Counted from the first letter of the stretch, positions 26,038-36,426 are shown. The stretch is 57,195 nt of DNA from a virus (IMGVR_UViG_3300021560_000003:1-57195), one strand, 5' to 3'. Translations and numbers: made by a program. Notes: generated from the sequence alone by a model not told the origin.

Positions 26038-29000
26038 TCGCTCAGCCTCCCAAGGGCGTCTTCCAACGTGACGGGGTCGGCGCTACCGATGCGGCCCCAA
26101 TCGCTGATGCCGCTGACGGCGTCGCCGAGTCTGCCCCAGTCCATCGAGGCGCCGGCCGCAAGGCCGATATCGACGGGGTCAACGGAAAGGCTTGAGGGAG
26201 ACGCCCATTGCAGGATCGTGTCGGCGCCCTGGCTGGTCAGCACTTGGCCGGGGCCGCCTGGCAGAAGGGCGACCCAAGGGCCGCCGTCACTCATGATCAG
26301 CGTGCCCGCCTCGGTGCCGAATTTGCTGTCGAGCACCGTGTCGATTGCGGTTGCCGTCGGATCGGCCGGCGCGCCGGTGATATTGGCGACGATCGTGCCG
26401 TCGGGGGCGGGGCCGTCGCAGCCGCAACTCAGCGGCAGCGCATTATCGCAAGCGCTACCGCTGCCGCTGGCGCCTTGTAGCGCGCCGACGACGCCGATCC
26501 ACGCCGCCGCGCCGCCAGGGTCGGGCACCGGGAAGGTCACATTTGACAGTGCCCCGGTGGTGACAAAATAATACCCAACCCCAGCGTTCCAGTCGCCGAG
26601 GAGATTCGAGCCGCCGTAAAGAATCTCGGTTTGGGCGTAGCCGCGCGGCGGCATATTGAAAACCCCGACGCCGGGCGGCATGATCGGCTGGCCTGGGAAA
26701 GCACTGCCAATGCTTGCCAGCGTGTCGCCTTGGAGAACCGGGTTGTTGTAATTTACAAAAAAGGCGAATGCGAAATCGCTGGCGTTTGTCGTCGATACGC
26801 TCGGCACCGACACATTGTTAGTCGGCGATCCGGGTATGTCTGTGGTGTTGGTTGCGGTGAAGAAGCCGGACGGATCCCACGGAGTCGTAGGGTTGATGCC
26901 GTCGACTGCGAAAACGTAGTAGATCGCCGAGCGGATATCGACGTTAAAGACGATATGAATATTGTGGTTCGTCAGCGGCGTCGGCGCGCGTGCGCTCCAG
27001 ATTTCGACACCGACATCAGCGGGGCCGGCAAAGCCGGCCACCTGTTCGAGCTGCTGAAAATCCTTCGCGAAAGTCAGGCCCGCACTGGTGACGCTCGACA
27101 CCGTCGGCGACCCGGCCATCGAATGGGTCACCGACGACGACGCGAAAAGGACGACGCGGGTGTTCGGCTGCGTCGTTGTGATCAAGACGTCGCCGGAGTT
27201 GCTCGTAACCTGCGGCGGCCCGAAGGGCGGGATTGGCAGTGCCTTTTCGACGATGGTGCGTGAGATGCCCCAGCCGTCAAGCCCTATTGCGCCCGCCCCG
27301 GCGCCCGCCGACATGGGCTCGACGCAACTGAGGAAACGGATTATCCAGTCGCTCTTCGCGCCGTCGGCGCGCAGCGCCAGATCGCATTGATAATCGACAA
27401 ATTTGACCGCCGGCTGCTTGCCGATCGTGCCGTCGAGGGCGATGACGCAATGGTTGCTGCCGTCGCCCGGCGTCGTCTTGATATCGAGCGTGTAGCGGTC
27501 AAACGAGCTCGCGCCCGCAACGTAGGTAAATTTGTCGCCCGGGTCGGTCGAGTTCCACACGACCTGCGTGAAGCACTTCGTCAAGGTGACGGTGTAGCTG
27601 GTGCCGCTGTCGACATTCTGGATGTCGGCGCAGTCGTCGTCCTCGCCGGCGCCGGTCGTGACCGTCGCATCGACACTAGCCGACGGGCCGCTCTCGCAGA
27701 CCGCGTTCTGTGCGGTGACAAAATAGGTCCAGGTTCCCGCCGCGAGGCCGCTATCGACCCAATTGAGCGCGCGCGTCGTGGCGATCAGCCCGGCGCCGCC
27801 AAAGCTGCCGCCGGGCCCGGCCGCGCGATAGACCTTGTAGACGACGACGTTGTCGGCCGGATCGTTGCGGTCCCACGAGAGATCGACCGCGCCGGCCATT
27901 GGCTCGGGGCTCGCCGCCAGCCCGGTCGGCGCCGCCGGACAGCCGCCGGTCTGCGTGCCAAAACCGTGGCCGCACGGCGTATAGGTGTAAATCGTAAGCG
28001 CCGAGATGTCCTGGACGCCCTCGCCGAACCGATTAAATGACTGGAATTTGAAAAAAAGCTCTTTGCCGATGTACTGCGCCGGCAAATTGTAGACGAGCAG
28101 CGACGGCGTCGTTTGTGTCGCCGAGGACGACAGGTCGATCCGGGTGAAAAACGATCCTGCCGCCCAGCCGGCCGGCGTCGAGCCGTAGAGGCCGCGGCGC
28201 AAATAGCTGAGGTCGTAGAGGTACGGCGCCGAGCCGGCGACCGCGTGGCCATAGGCGAGCAGCTCGCCATCGCACGGCGCGGTGGTCGTAAACGGCTCGG
28301 TGACATAGCACAAGGTGCGGCCGAAATCGGCGTCGTCGTGCGTCGCGTTGAGGTCGAGCGAGCCGAAGCTCTCGCTGAGATCGACCGCTATGGTGTCGGC
28401 AGTGTCGGGATCGACATGGTCCGCCAGCGGCGCGGTCAGCACCCCCTGGCGCGCCGGGTTGGTGATCTCGCCGATCGGGTTGAAATTGACCCCGTCGAAC
28501 GCGAGGAAAACGTTGCAGCCGCCCCAATTGGCGCCGCCCGAGGCGGCGATCCACACCTCGGCCTGGTGACCGACGATAAACGGCGCCTGCGGCTCGAGGA
28601 TCGCCGGCGGGTTGACATTGCCGGGGTCGGCGAGCGCGTTGACGCGGTTGACGATCGGCTCGGGCGCCTGCGCGGTGTTGCCCGAGGCGTTGCCGAGTGC
28701 GCCGGGAAACTCCTCGGCGATGACGGTCCAGACGCCGTCTTTGTCCTCGTCGAGCTGCTTCACTCGCACCGGGAAGCGGTCCATCCCGAGATGCGGCTCG
28801 GTCAGGGTCAGCAGGTCGCCGGGCTCGAGCAGGCAAAATTCCCAGCCGAGCCGAAAAGTGATGTCGCCGTTGCGGAGGTAGGCGTTGCGCTGGCCGATGA
28901 GCTGCGCGACCGTCTGGCCGACGCTGATCTCCTTGATGTCGTGCGCCTCGACCGAGGGCCCCGGCAGCACGCCGTATTGTCCAATCAAGCCATCGTCGCG

Positions 29001-30056
29001 CCACTCGATCGGGAAGGCCTGGTAGGAATAGCCGCGGTAGAGGATCTCGAATTTGATGCTGTTCGGCGCCGCCGCCGGGTCGATGCGCCTGACCGAGACC
29101 GGCGGCTCGGGGCTCTTGCCTTCGGTTCCCGAGGCGCTGACGACAAAATCCTCGTAGCCGAGGTCATAGGCCGGCGTCAGATTTGGCGTGTAGCCGGCGC
29201 CAAAGCCGACGACCGGCGCGTCGCCGAGCGGGACGAATTTGAGCGCGCCGCCCGACCAGAAGATCCAGCTATTGGTGACCGTCGCCCAGCGGTCGATGAT
29301 CGAGCGGACTTGCTCCTGGCTCTCCAATGTTGGCGAGAGCTTCAAGCCCTGCGCGAGGCAATAGGTGCCGTAGAGCGTCCAGCTCGGCGCGTCGATAAAA
29401 CTGCCCGGCTGCCCGACCGCTGGCCCGAAGCCGACGCCATATTGCGGGTTGGTCAGAAAATCGTTGATGACATCGGCCGGGTTGGCGTCGCCCTGGAGGC
29501 CGTCGGCGATCGTGCCGGAAAAGGTCCCGATGACCTCGAAGCCGTAATTCGGCAGCGTCGGCGAGCTGCCGAGATCGAGATTGCTATCGGCGATATAGGC
29601 GGTCGAGGAGTAGCTCAGCGCGTGGCTCGGCGACGCGGTCGTGAGCCAGCCCCACACCGCCTGGTCGCGCGTACCGAGAAAGAGCGTGTTCGGCACATAG
29701 CCTTGCGCCGCGGCCTGCGCGTAATCCATCGAGTCGCGGCTGCGCCAGGCGGTGCCGAGGCCTTGGATCGGCCCCTCGCAAAGCGCCATGATCACCGCGG
29801 CGCGGTAATCGTAGCCGGTGATATTGCTCTTGCCGCCCTTGCCGCCGCCGCCCTTGCCGCCGCCGCCCTTGCCGCCGCCCGAGGTCTGCGGGATCGCCTG
29901 GAAATTGCCGGTATCGATTAGATTGGGCGCGACGCGAAATTTGCCCCAGCCGATCGGGATCGGCAGCCCTTGCGCGCTCGTCTGAACATCGAGCTGCGTG
30001 TATTTGGTGATGGTGTTGGCATTGCCCTTGCGGCCTTTGCCAAGAAACCCCGACAT
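26034..30056 (-). CDS. Tail tip/host-specificity protein (GTA megatron-like) with FN3 and adhesin-like domains
   Basis: QTS..G.PIPI.WG..R...NLI, ALCEGPI, DANPAD, LEPGD, LRRG.YG; APTGL.A..V.LSW..Y.VYR FN3. Confidence 0.9.
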   Translation of the reverse strand: MSGFLGKGRKGNANTITKYTQLDVQTSAQGLPIPIGWGKFRVAPNLIDTGNFQAIPQTSGGGKGGGGKGGGGKGGKSNITGYDYRAAVIMALCEGPIQGLGTAWRSRDSMDYAQAAAQGYVPNTLFLGTRDQAVWGWLTTASPSHALSYSSTAYIADSNLDLGSSPTLPNYGFEVIGTFSGTIADGLQGDANPADVINDFLTNPQYGVGFGPAVGQPGSFIDAPSWTLYGTYCLAQGLKLSPTLESQEQVRSIIDRWATVTNSWIFWSGGALKFVPLGDAPVVGFGAGYTPNLTPAYDLGYEDFVVSASGTEGKSPEPPVSVRRIDPAAAPNSIKFEILYRGYSYQAFPIEWRDDGLIGQYGVLPGPSVEAHDIKEISVGQTVAQLIGQRNAYLRNGDITFRLGWEFCLLEPGDLLTLTEPHLGMDRFPVRVKQLDEDKDGVWTVIAEEFPGALGNASGNTAQAPEPIVNRVNALADPGNVNPPAILEPQAPFIVGHQAEVWIAASGGANWGGCNVFLAFDGVNFNPIGEITNPARQGVLTAPLADHVDPDTADTIAVDLSESFGSLDLNATHDDADFGRTLCYVTEPFTTTAPCDGELLAYGHAVAGSAPYLYDLSYLRRGLYGSTPAGWAAGSFFTRIDLSSSATQTTPSLLVYNLPAQYIGKELFFKFQSFNRFGEGVQDISALTIYTYTPCGHGFGTQTGGCPAAPTGLAASPEPMAGAVDLSWDRNDPADNVVVYKVYRAAGPGGSFGGAGLIATTRALNWVDSGLAAGTWTYFVTAQNAVCESGPSASVDATVTTGAGEDDDCADIQNVDSGTSYTVTLTKCFTQVVWNSTDPGDKFTYVAGASSFDRYTLDIKTTPGDGSNHCVIALDGTIGKQPAVKFVDYQCDLALRADGAKSDWIIRFLSCVEPMSAGAGAGAIGLDGWGISRTIVEKALPIPPFGPPQVTSNSGDVLITTTQPNTRVVLFASSSVTHSMAGSPTVSSVTSAGLTFAKDFQQLEQVAGFAGPADVGVEIWSARAPTPLTNHNIHIVFNVDIRSAIYYVFAVDGINPTTPWDPSGFFTATNTTDIPGSPTNNVSVPSVSTTNASDFAFAFFVNYNNPVLQGDTLASIGSAFPGQPIMPPGVGVFNMPPRGYAQTEILYGGSNLLGDWNAGVGYYFVTTGALSNVTFPVPDPGGAAAWIGVVGALQGASGSGSACDNALPLSCGCDGPAPDGTIVANITGAPADPTATAIDTVLDSKFGTEAGTLIMSDGGPWVALLPGGPGQVLTSQGADTILQWASPSSLSVDPVDIGLAAGASMDWGRLGDAVSGISDWGRIGSADPVTLEDALGRLSD

Positions 30057-30060
30057 CGCG

Positions 30061-30522
30061 CTAGTAGGGGCTGAACCACTTGACCGGCCGCCACAGCAGC
30101 GCGCCGTTGATCAGGCGCTCGCGCACGACAATCCCGTTGAGCTGCAGCGCATGGATGATCTCGCCCTCGCGGCAGAACGGGTTCGGGTCGTCGCGGAACG
30201 GGCTCGCCAGGATCGCGCCGTGCGAGTAGCAGCGGCCGAATTTCCACACCCCGACATCGCCCGGCGCCGGCTGCTCGATCTCGCGGCCGTAGCGTAAGAG
30301 GCCGTCGATATAGAGCTCGGCGTTGCGGTGCAGGTGCCAGCCCGACGGGTAGGGCCGCGGATCGACAAACGGGACGACGCCGGCGGCCGAAAACGCCGCC
30401 GCCAGCAGCATGACGCAATCGACGCCGACGCCCTTTGTCATCGTCGCGTGCAAAAACGGCGTGCCGAGCCACTCGCTCGCCGCGTCGATGACCGCCTGGC
30501 GGCGATCGTCGCTAGGCGGCAT
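30061..30522 (-). CDS. NlpC/P60 tail-associated peptidase
   Basis: WLGTPF.H....G.GVDC, GDV..WKFGRCYSHGAI, IIHA. Confidence 0.92.
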   Translation of the reverse strand: MPPSDDRRQAVIDAASEWLGTPFLHATMTKGVGVDCVMLLAAAFSAAGVVPFVDPRPYPSGWHLHRNAELYIDGLLRYGREIEQPAPGDVGVWKFGRCYSHGAILASPFRDDPNPFCREGEIIHALQLNGIVVRERLINGALLWRPVKWFSPY

Positions 30523-31363
30523 AGCTGGCGTCGGGTACGAACGGAAAGCCCCTGTAATGGAGCTGGTTGCCAAAATCGCCGGTGCAGGTCGCCAAGGTCT
30601 TGTCGCAGCCGCGGATGGCGGTGAAGGCGTCGCCGGCGCCCGGGTCGACGTAGAGCGGGTAGACCAGATAAAGGCCGCTGCCGTCGGCGTCGCGGATCGA
30701 GCGGATTTGCCCCGCGTTGGCGCCGCTGGTAAACGTGATCGAGCCGCCGCGATAGGTCGGGCCGGCGCCGCCCCAGGCGATAAACGAGCGCGACGAGCCA
30801 CCGCCGACGGCGCCGGCGACGGTGAAATTGCTCGCCAGCAAGGTGCAGCCGGTGTCGCAAAAGGTATGCTGACAGCCGGTCTGGAACACGTTGCGCGGCG
30901 CGTATTGCGACATGATCACCACATCGCCGCAGACGGTGATCTTGGCGCCGGTGGCGTTGAGATCGATGTCGGCAATGCGGCCGGCGTAGAGCGTGATCGG
31001 CGGCCCCAATGAGGTGTCGCCGGGGAACGTCATCGGCAGGCGGTCGAGCTCCAGCCGGCCGCCGTCGAAGGCGCCCTGCCAGATCGCCTGCTTGACATTG
31101 CTGCCGCCGACAAAATCGGTGTCGATCGCCGACAGCATGATTTCGAGCTTGGGCGTCTCGGCGGTGTTGCGGATCGACAAGGCCGAGCGCTCAAGGTTGG
31201 GCGATTGCGCCAGCCAGGTATTGCCGCCCCAGCTCACATCGATATCGAGCGAGGTCCAGCGCAGCACCGAGCCGCCCTTGAGGGTCAAGGTGAACAGGTC
31301 GGCGTAAAACCCCGCCGCGCGGCTGGCGAAAAACGCCTTTGCCGCGTCGCTCGCTTGCCTCAT
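30512..31363 (-). CDS. DUF2163 baseplate hub protein
   Basis: DLFTLTL..G.VLRWTS.D.DV, G.FDG, CQHTFCD.GC, GCDKTL.TC..FGN..YRGFPFVP. Confidence 0.9.
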   Translation of the reverse strand: MRQASDAAKAFFASRAAGFYADLFTLTLKGGSVLRWTSLDIDVSWGGNTWLAQSPNLERSALSIRNTAETPKLEIMLSAIDTDFVGGSNVKQAIWQGAFDGGRLELDRLPMTFPGDTSLGPPITLYAGRIADIDLNATGAKITVCGDVVIMSQYAPRNVFQTGCQHTFCDTGCTLLASNFTVAGAVGGGSSRSFIAWGGAGPTYRGGSITFTSGANAGQIRSIRDADGSGLYLVYPLYVDPGAGDAFTAIRGCDKTLATCTGDFGNQLHYRGFPFVPDASYAA

Positions 31364-31368
31364 CGCCG

Positions 31369-32445
31369 CTAGGCGTCGACCGATTGCAGGACTGCGGCCG
31401 AGAGGGTCGTGAACGTCACATAAAAGGCGCGCGAGGCGTTCTGCGCGATCGTCATCGTGCCGTTGAGGGTCCAGCCGGTATTCGTCGTGACCGTCCAGAC
31501 GTGGTTTGCCGAGCTTTCGTTGACGATGCGCAGCTTGTAGCGCATGCCGGCGACGGCATTGGGGATCGCCGCAACCAAATTGCCGACGGTCGGCAATTGC
31601 GCGTTGGCGTCGCCGCCCATCGTGCCGGTCATCGCCAGTGACACCTCGACGGTGCCGCCCGAGACATTGGCGCCGGTCAGGGTCGTGCCGCTGGTCGCCG
31701 AATTGGTGTTGTAGGCGACCGGCTGTGTGAAGGTCGGCAGGCTCGCAATCGTCCAGGCGCCAGCGGCATTGCAGACCGCCCAGCCGGCAAAGCCGACCGG
31801 CAGGGTTGCGCCAGTGCCGCTCGCAAACCCGTTGACCGTGTCGCTGCCATTGCCAAACAGCTGGACGGGGTTGCCGGCCGAATTTTCGACCCATACCGCG
31901 TCGCCGGCGGCCGCGGCCTGAAATTTTACCGAGTCGTAAGGCGAGGACGACGCGGTCGCGGTCGTGATGTTGTTGACCTCTTTGGTCAGGACGGTCGCGC
32001 TCGCCTGGCCGCCGCCCGAGAAACCCGTCACCGCAGTCGATGAGGAATGCGTCAGCAACCCTGACAAGGTCAGGCCGGCAAAGCTCGGCGAGTTCGCGGT
32101 GGCGATCAGCGCGCCGGTCGAGATTTGCAGCCAGACCGCCGCGCTCGCGGTCGCGTCGGTGCACACCCAGGCCCGCGCCGGCGAGGCAGTGGTGTTGATC
32201 CACATCGACCCGGGCGCATAATCGACGGTCGAATCAGCGCCGACCGACGGATCGGCGGTGGCGCTAAAGTTGTTTCGCCCGCCGGGCAGCTGGGTAAATC
32301 CCATCTGCAACAGCGCGACGATGTCGAGCAGTTGGATGACGGTTACGAACCCCTGCGAGTCGACCGTGAAGGAATTGCCGGTCAACGGCAGCTTGAAGGT
32401 CGAACTGGCGGCGACGCTGGCGGGTGCTTGCAAGACAACGGACAT
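31369..32445 (-). CDS. Virion fibre/decoration-like protein
   Basis: NNFSATADP.V..D....Y..GS.WINT.....WVC.DA...AAVW motif; Thr/Ala/Gly-rich. Confidence 0.7.
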   Translation of the reverse strand: MSVVLQAPASVAASSTFKLPLTGNSFTVDSQGFVTVIQLLDIVALLQMGFTQLPGGRNNFSATADPSVGADSTVDYAPGSMWINTTASPARAWVCTDATASAAVWLQISTGALIATANSPSFAGLTLSGLLTHSSSTAVTGFSGGGQASATVLTKEVNNITTATASSSPYDSVKFQAAAAGDAVWVENSAGNPVQLFGNGSDTVNGFASGTGATLPVGFAGWAVCNAAGAWTIASLPTFTQPVAYNTNSATSGTTLTGANVSGGTVEVSLAMTGTMGGDANAQLPTVGNLVAAIPNAVAGMRYKLRIVNESSANHVWTVTTNTGWTLNGTMTIAQNASRAFYVTFTTLSAAVLQSVDA

Positions 32446-32457
32446 TGGGGAAAACCC

Positions 32458-33129
32458 TTATGGTTCGGGCCGCACGCTTTGGAGCACGACTTTTTTGATC
32501 ATCCAGAAGCCGGCGCCGTCGGCGCCGGCAAAACGCTCGAAGTCCAGCGAGTCGCTCTGAAAGCGGACGCGGTGATAGATCCAAAGATCGGCGGTAATGA
32601 CGACGCCGCCGATCGGCGGCGACGCAAAGGCGATCTCGACCGCGCCCGGGCTGCCGGCAACGGTAAAATCGACGCCGAGCGTCTGCTTGACGCCGTTCAA
32701 ATAAACCGAGCTGGCGACGGGGTCGAAATTGCCGACCGGCTCGGTGATCGTCGCGCCAAAGCCGGGGTCGCCATAGGTGCGCGTGACGAGAAACGAGCTC
32801 GTCACGCCGTCGGCGATCGCGATCGCCTGGCCGATGATGTGCGTGTCATCGGGATCCTGCAAATAGAACGGCAGCCGCGAGCCTTGCGCGGCAAGAAAAA
32901 ACCCTTGCAGGCGGCGCATTTCGCTCTGGATCGCGGCCCACGGGAAATCGCGGAGCAAATCGTAAGTGAATTCCCACTCCCACATCGGCTGCGCCCAATA
33001 GCCGACGCGCACCTCGCGGCCCGAGACGTGGCTCTGGACCGAGGTCGAGCCGGCCTTTGGCCGGCGGATCAGGTTCCACGTCAGCCCCGGCAAATCGATC
33101 GGATAGATCGGCGGGTTGGGGAGGCCCAT
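32458..33129 (-). CDS. DUF2460 distal tail protein
   Basis: SGREVR.GYW.QP.WEWE..YD.LR, GFFL..QG, DPDD, RVRF.SD..DFE.F; immediately after TMP. Confidence 0.9.
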   Translation of the reverse strand: MGLPNPPIYPIDLPGLTWNLIRRPKAGSTSVQSHVSGREVRVGYWAQPMWEWEFTYDLLRDFPWAAIQSEMRRLQGFFLAAQGSRLPFYLQDPDDTHIIGQAIAIADGVTSSFLVTRTYGDPGFGATITEPVGNFDPVASSVYLNGVKQTLGVDFTVAGSPGAVEIAFASPPIGGVVITADLWIYHRVRFQSDSLDFERFAGADGAGFWMIKKVVLQSVRPEP

Positions 33130-36100
33130 TTAGGCCGGCATCCGCAGCGCGCCCGAGCGCGCCTGCGCGTTGAGCCAGGTCAATAGGTCGTTGCCCTGGC
33201 GTGAGATCAGTCGCTTGAGGTCGGGCGCCGCCGGCGCGTTGACGGTCGGCGCGTAGTGGAAATTCATATCGCGCGCGCCGCCGCCGCTCGCCGCGGTAGT
33301 GATCGCGCTCGGCGCCGGCGCCGTCGGGATCGACCATTGGCCGCGGCCGCCCATCAGTTGCTCGAGGCCGAGGGTCCATTTCGCCGGCAGCACCGCCTCG
33401 TTGGGGTGCGCGATGATCATCTGGCCGCCCTTGCCGTCGGCGACATGGCCGCTGCCGTCGACGAGCAGCCCGCCGGCGGCGCTGACGATGCCGCCGGCAT
33501 CAAAGGTCGTGCCGAGGATCGAGGGCTTGGCGAGCTCGGCCGATTGGATCGCGGTCAGCGTGCCGATCGCCGCGACCACCGAGGCGTCGCCGGCGGTGAC
33601 CGCGCCGACAACCGTCGCGTCGCCGGCGGTCACCGCGCCGGTCACCGCGGCGGTCTGGCCGGTGATCGCGGTCACGATCGGGGCCGTCTGTGTCGCGGCA
33701 CCTATGCCTGCATTGGCGGCCGAGCCAAACAGCGACGAGGTGATCTTCTCGCCGATCTGGTCGAAAATTTTGCCGATGCCGCTGGCATCGAGCGCTTTGG
33801 TCAGGACCGTATCGAGCGCCTTGGTTTCCTGGCGCTCGACAAACGAGCCGATCGCCTGGCCGGGGCTCTGCTTGCCCCACGCGGCGCCGACAATGCCCTG
33901 CGAGAGCGAGCCCGCGAGTTCCTTGTCGATCGCCTGCGCGCGCTGCCTTTCCTCCTGGTCGGCCTTGTCGCGAATCCGCTGGATTTGCTCGTCGGCCCTG
34001 GCCTCGGCTTCGATCCGGCGGCTGGCGACATCGGTAGCGAGCTTTTCGATGCCGGCGGCTCTTTTTGCCTCGTCGTCGAGGATCCGCTCGGTTTGCGCGC
34101 GGTGGAACTCGACGATGCGGATCTCTTGGTCCGCCGCCTCGGCGGCGGTGATCTCGCCTAACTGGCGGCGGCGCTCGACCGCCTGCAATTGCGTCGTCTC
34201 TTTTTGCTGGTCGGCGCGGCGCTCGGCCTCCTCGGTCTTGATCGCCGCGGCGGCGGCCTGCTCGGCAGAGCGCTGTTGCAGCGCGATCAGCTGCTTCTCG
34301 CTCTCAAGAGCTTTGAGTTGCAGCGGGTCGCCGCCAGTGCGGAACTGGTCAGCAATCTTGTCGGCGCCGGCCGCCTTGGCCTCGTCGGCGTAGCGATTGC
34401 GGATCGCCTGCGCCTGCTCGGCCGTGCGCTCGAGCATCGCAATTTTTTGCTGCTCAAGCCCGGTGGCCTCTTGCTCGTTTTGTTTCGCCTTCTGGATGCC
34501 GACATCGTAGCCGGCCGACTCGATCTTGGCCCACTCCTCGAGCGCTTTGAGCTCGCGCGTCAGCTCCTCGTTCCGCTCCTTGTAGGGAAATGGCGCCGGG
34601 GTGACGGTCTTGCCGCCCTCGCCGCCCTCGGCGGCCAGCCACGGCCACGGCGCCGTCCCGCGCTGGCGCAGCAACGCCAGCGCGTTGATGTCCTGCGCTT
34701 GCGCCGAGAAGTCGGAGCGGCCGGTAATCGCCGCCATTTCGGCATAAGTGCCGGGCTGGAAACCGTAGCCGCCGGCGGCGTGGCTTAGGCCGCCCGGCCC
34801 CATAAACCCTTCCCATTGCGGGAAGGCGCTAAGGTCGCTGATGTGGCGGCCGCCCGGGCCGTGCAGCAGGTCGTACTGGCCGCCGCTCTCGTGCTGTTTG
34901 ATGCGGTCGAGCAGCGCTTGCTCTTCCGGGGTCGGATTGAACCCGCCGCTGCTTCTGCCGCCCTCAAGGGCGCCGAATGGCGAGCCCTCGCGGCGCCCGC
35001 TGGTGTCGCCGCTGCCGCCGAGGAACGGGTGCTCCTGCGTCCACTCTGGCGGCACGAGCTTGGCGCCGACGCCGGAATGCGTGCGGATCCAGTCGTCGAT
35101 TTGTTTGAAGGTGTCGCCAATCTTGGCGAAGTTGTCGCGGATTTCTTGGATGTTGAAAAAATCGCGAAACATCGTCCCGAGGCCGCCGCCGCCGGCGGTT
35201 TTGATGAATTCCTCCAGCGCCTTTGTGGCCTGGATGATCGGGTCTTTAAACTCGGTGACGATGGTAATTCCGAGGCCCTGAAACGCGCCCTTCAGCTCGT
35301 TGATGCTGCGCGCCTCTTCGGCCAGCGTCTTGATCTGCTCGGCGGTCGGCGCGAGGCCTATCCGCCGCGCCGTGTCCTCGAGCTCTTTGAGGCTTGCCGA
35401 GCCCTCCTTGAGCGCCGGCACCAGCTCCTGCGACATGCGGCCGGCCATGACGCGAAATTCGGCGGCGCCGACGCCGGGGTTGGCCGAGTCGGTGACAAAT
35501 TTTTTGTAGGCGTCGGCGAGCGGCCCCTCGATAAACGCCTGGACGTCTTCAAGCCCCTTTCTCAGTTGCTCGGGGCCGATGCCCCAGGCCTGGAAATTGA
35601 GCGCCTGGGTGCCTTTCGGGCTTTCGAGCGCCGCCAGCATGTTCTTTTCGAGCATGAGCAGCGCGCGGCCAGCCAGGTCGGCGTCGCCGCCGACCAGTTG
35701 CAGCGCGCCTTGCAGCCGCGCGAACCGCTCTGGCGCAACCCCGACCGAGGCCGAGACATTTTCGATGCGCTCGCCCATCTCGGCGATGCGCACGACGCCC
35801 TCGACCAGCGCCTCGGCGCCGAACGCGACGCCGAGCACCCCGGCGAGCTCTCTGACACCGCCGATCGCGCCCGCAACGCCGGCCTGAAGACCGGCTACGC
35901 CGGCCTGGATGCCGCCAAATACCCCGCCGCTCTCGCCGGCGCCCTTGAGCTCTTTCGAGAGGCTGGCGACCTCGCCGCGCGCGGTCCCGAGCTTGGCCGC
36001 GAATTGCTCAAGGTTGGCGAGCTGCGAGGCGTCGCCGCCGACAACGGCGCCGGCCGCCTGGCGCACCTCGCGGCCGTAGGCCGCGACCTCGGCGCGCGCG

Positions 36101-36165
36101 ATCGCGAGCTGCGCCTGCAGCGAGCTGACGTCGGCGGTTATGCTGATCGAAAGATTGTCAGCCAT
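33130..36165 (-). CDS. Tape measure protein with internal lysozyme/transglycosylase-like domain
   Basis: Long Ala/Glu helical protein after the chaperones; ALLD.I..HESGG.Y, AAG.Y.F...T, DFS..AQD. Confidence 0.92.
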   Translation of the reverse strand: MADNLSISITADVSSLQAQLAIARAEVAAYGREVRQAAGAVVGGDASQLANLEQFAAKLGTARGEVASLSKELKGAGESGGVFGGIQAGVAGLQAGVAGAIGGVRELAGVLGVAFGAEALVEGVVRIAEMGERIENVSASVGVAPERFARLQGALQLVGGDADLAGRALLMLEKNMLAALESPKGTQALNFQAWGIGPEQLRKGLEDVQAFIEGPLADAYKKFVTDSANPGVGAAEFRVMAGRMSQELVPALKEGSASLKELEDTARRIGLAPTAEQIKTLAEEARSINELKGAFQGLGITIVTEFKDPIIQATKALEEFIKTAGGGGLGTMFRDFFNIQEIRDNFAKIGDTFKQIDDWIRTHSGVGAKLVPPEWTQEHPFLGGSGDTSGRREGSPFGALEGGRSSGGFNPTPEEQALLDRIKQHESGGQYDLLHGPGGRHISDLSAFPQWEGFMGPGGLSHAAGGYGFQPGTYAEMAAITGRSDFSAQAQDINALALLRQRGTAPWPWLAAEGGEGGKTVTPAPFPYKERNEELTRELKALEEWAKIESAGYDVGIQKAKQNEQEATGLEQQKIAMLERTAEQAQAIRNRYADEAKAAGADKIADQFRTGGDPLQLKALESEKQLIALQQRSAEQAAAAAIKTEEAERRADQQKETTQLQAVERRRQLGEITAAEAADQEIRIVEFHRAQTERILDDEAKRAAGIEKLATDVASRRIEAEARADEQIQRIRDKADQEERQRAQAIDKELAGSLSQGIVGAAWGKQSPGQAIGSFVERQETKALDTVLTKALDASGIGKIFDQIGEKITSSLFGSAANAGIGAATQTAPIVTAITGQTAAVTGAVTAGDATVVGAVTAGDASVVAAIGTLTAIQSAELAKPSILGTTFDAGGIVSAAGGLLVDGSGHVADGKGGQMIIAHPNEAVLPAKWTLGLEQLMGGRGQWSIPTAPAPSAITTAASGGGARDMNFHYAPTVNAPAAPDLKRLISRQGNDLLTWLNAQARSGALRMPA

Positions 36166-36219
36166 TAACGCTGAATTTTCTGCCTATCCCGGCGCCGGCC
36201 GATTAAGCTGCTTGTCGCC

Positions 36220-36426
36220 ATGATTTTGCTGTCAGCCGTCGCCGTTGTTTGCCTGCTGGTGCTGATCGCGCGATCGAGCGCGCGCGGCGCCCGCCGGGCG
36301 CGTCGCATTCCATGCGCGGAGTGCGGCGAGCCGCTGCTGCCGGCGGCCCGGGTGTGCCCCAATTGCCGCAACCACGTGCCGCTGACCGGCGCCGCTGCCA
36401 TGCGCGAGCGGCTCTGGCGCGCTTAA
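36220..36426 (+). CDS. Small membrane-anchored zinc-ribbon protein, antisense insertion
   Basis: Hydrophobic N-terminus, CAECG...CPNC; fits the gap between chaperone and TMP. Confidence 0.6.
   Translation: MILLSAVAVVCLLVLIARSSARGARRARRIPCAECGEPLLPAARVCPNCRNHVPLTGAAAMRERLWRA

Noticed and set aside
29826-29880. 15-bp repeats (GGGGK) and the polyproline run at 22966-23003
   Set aside because: Low-complexity linkers; GGK repeats are usual at the megatron N-terminus
28113-29921. Long antisense ORFs (also 33299-34393, 34816-36168, 47908-49191, 51655-52824)
   Set aside because: Shadow frames of real genes in high-GC DNA, with no motifs
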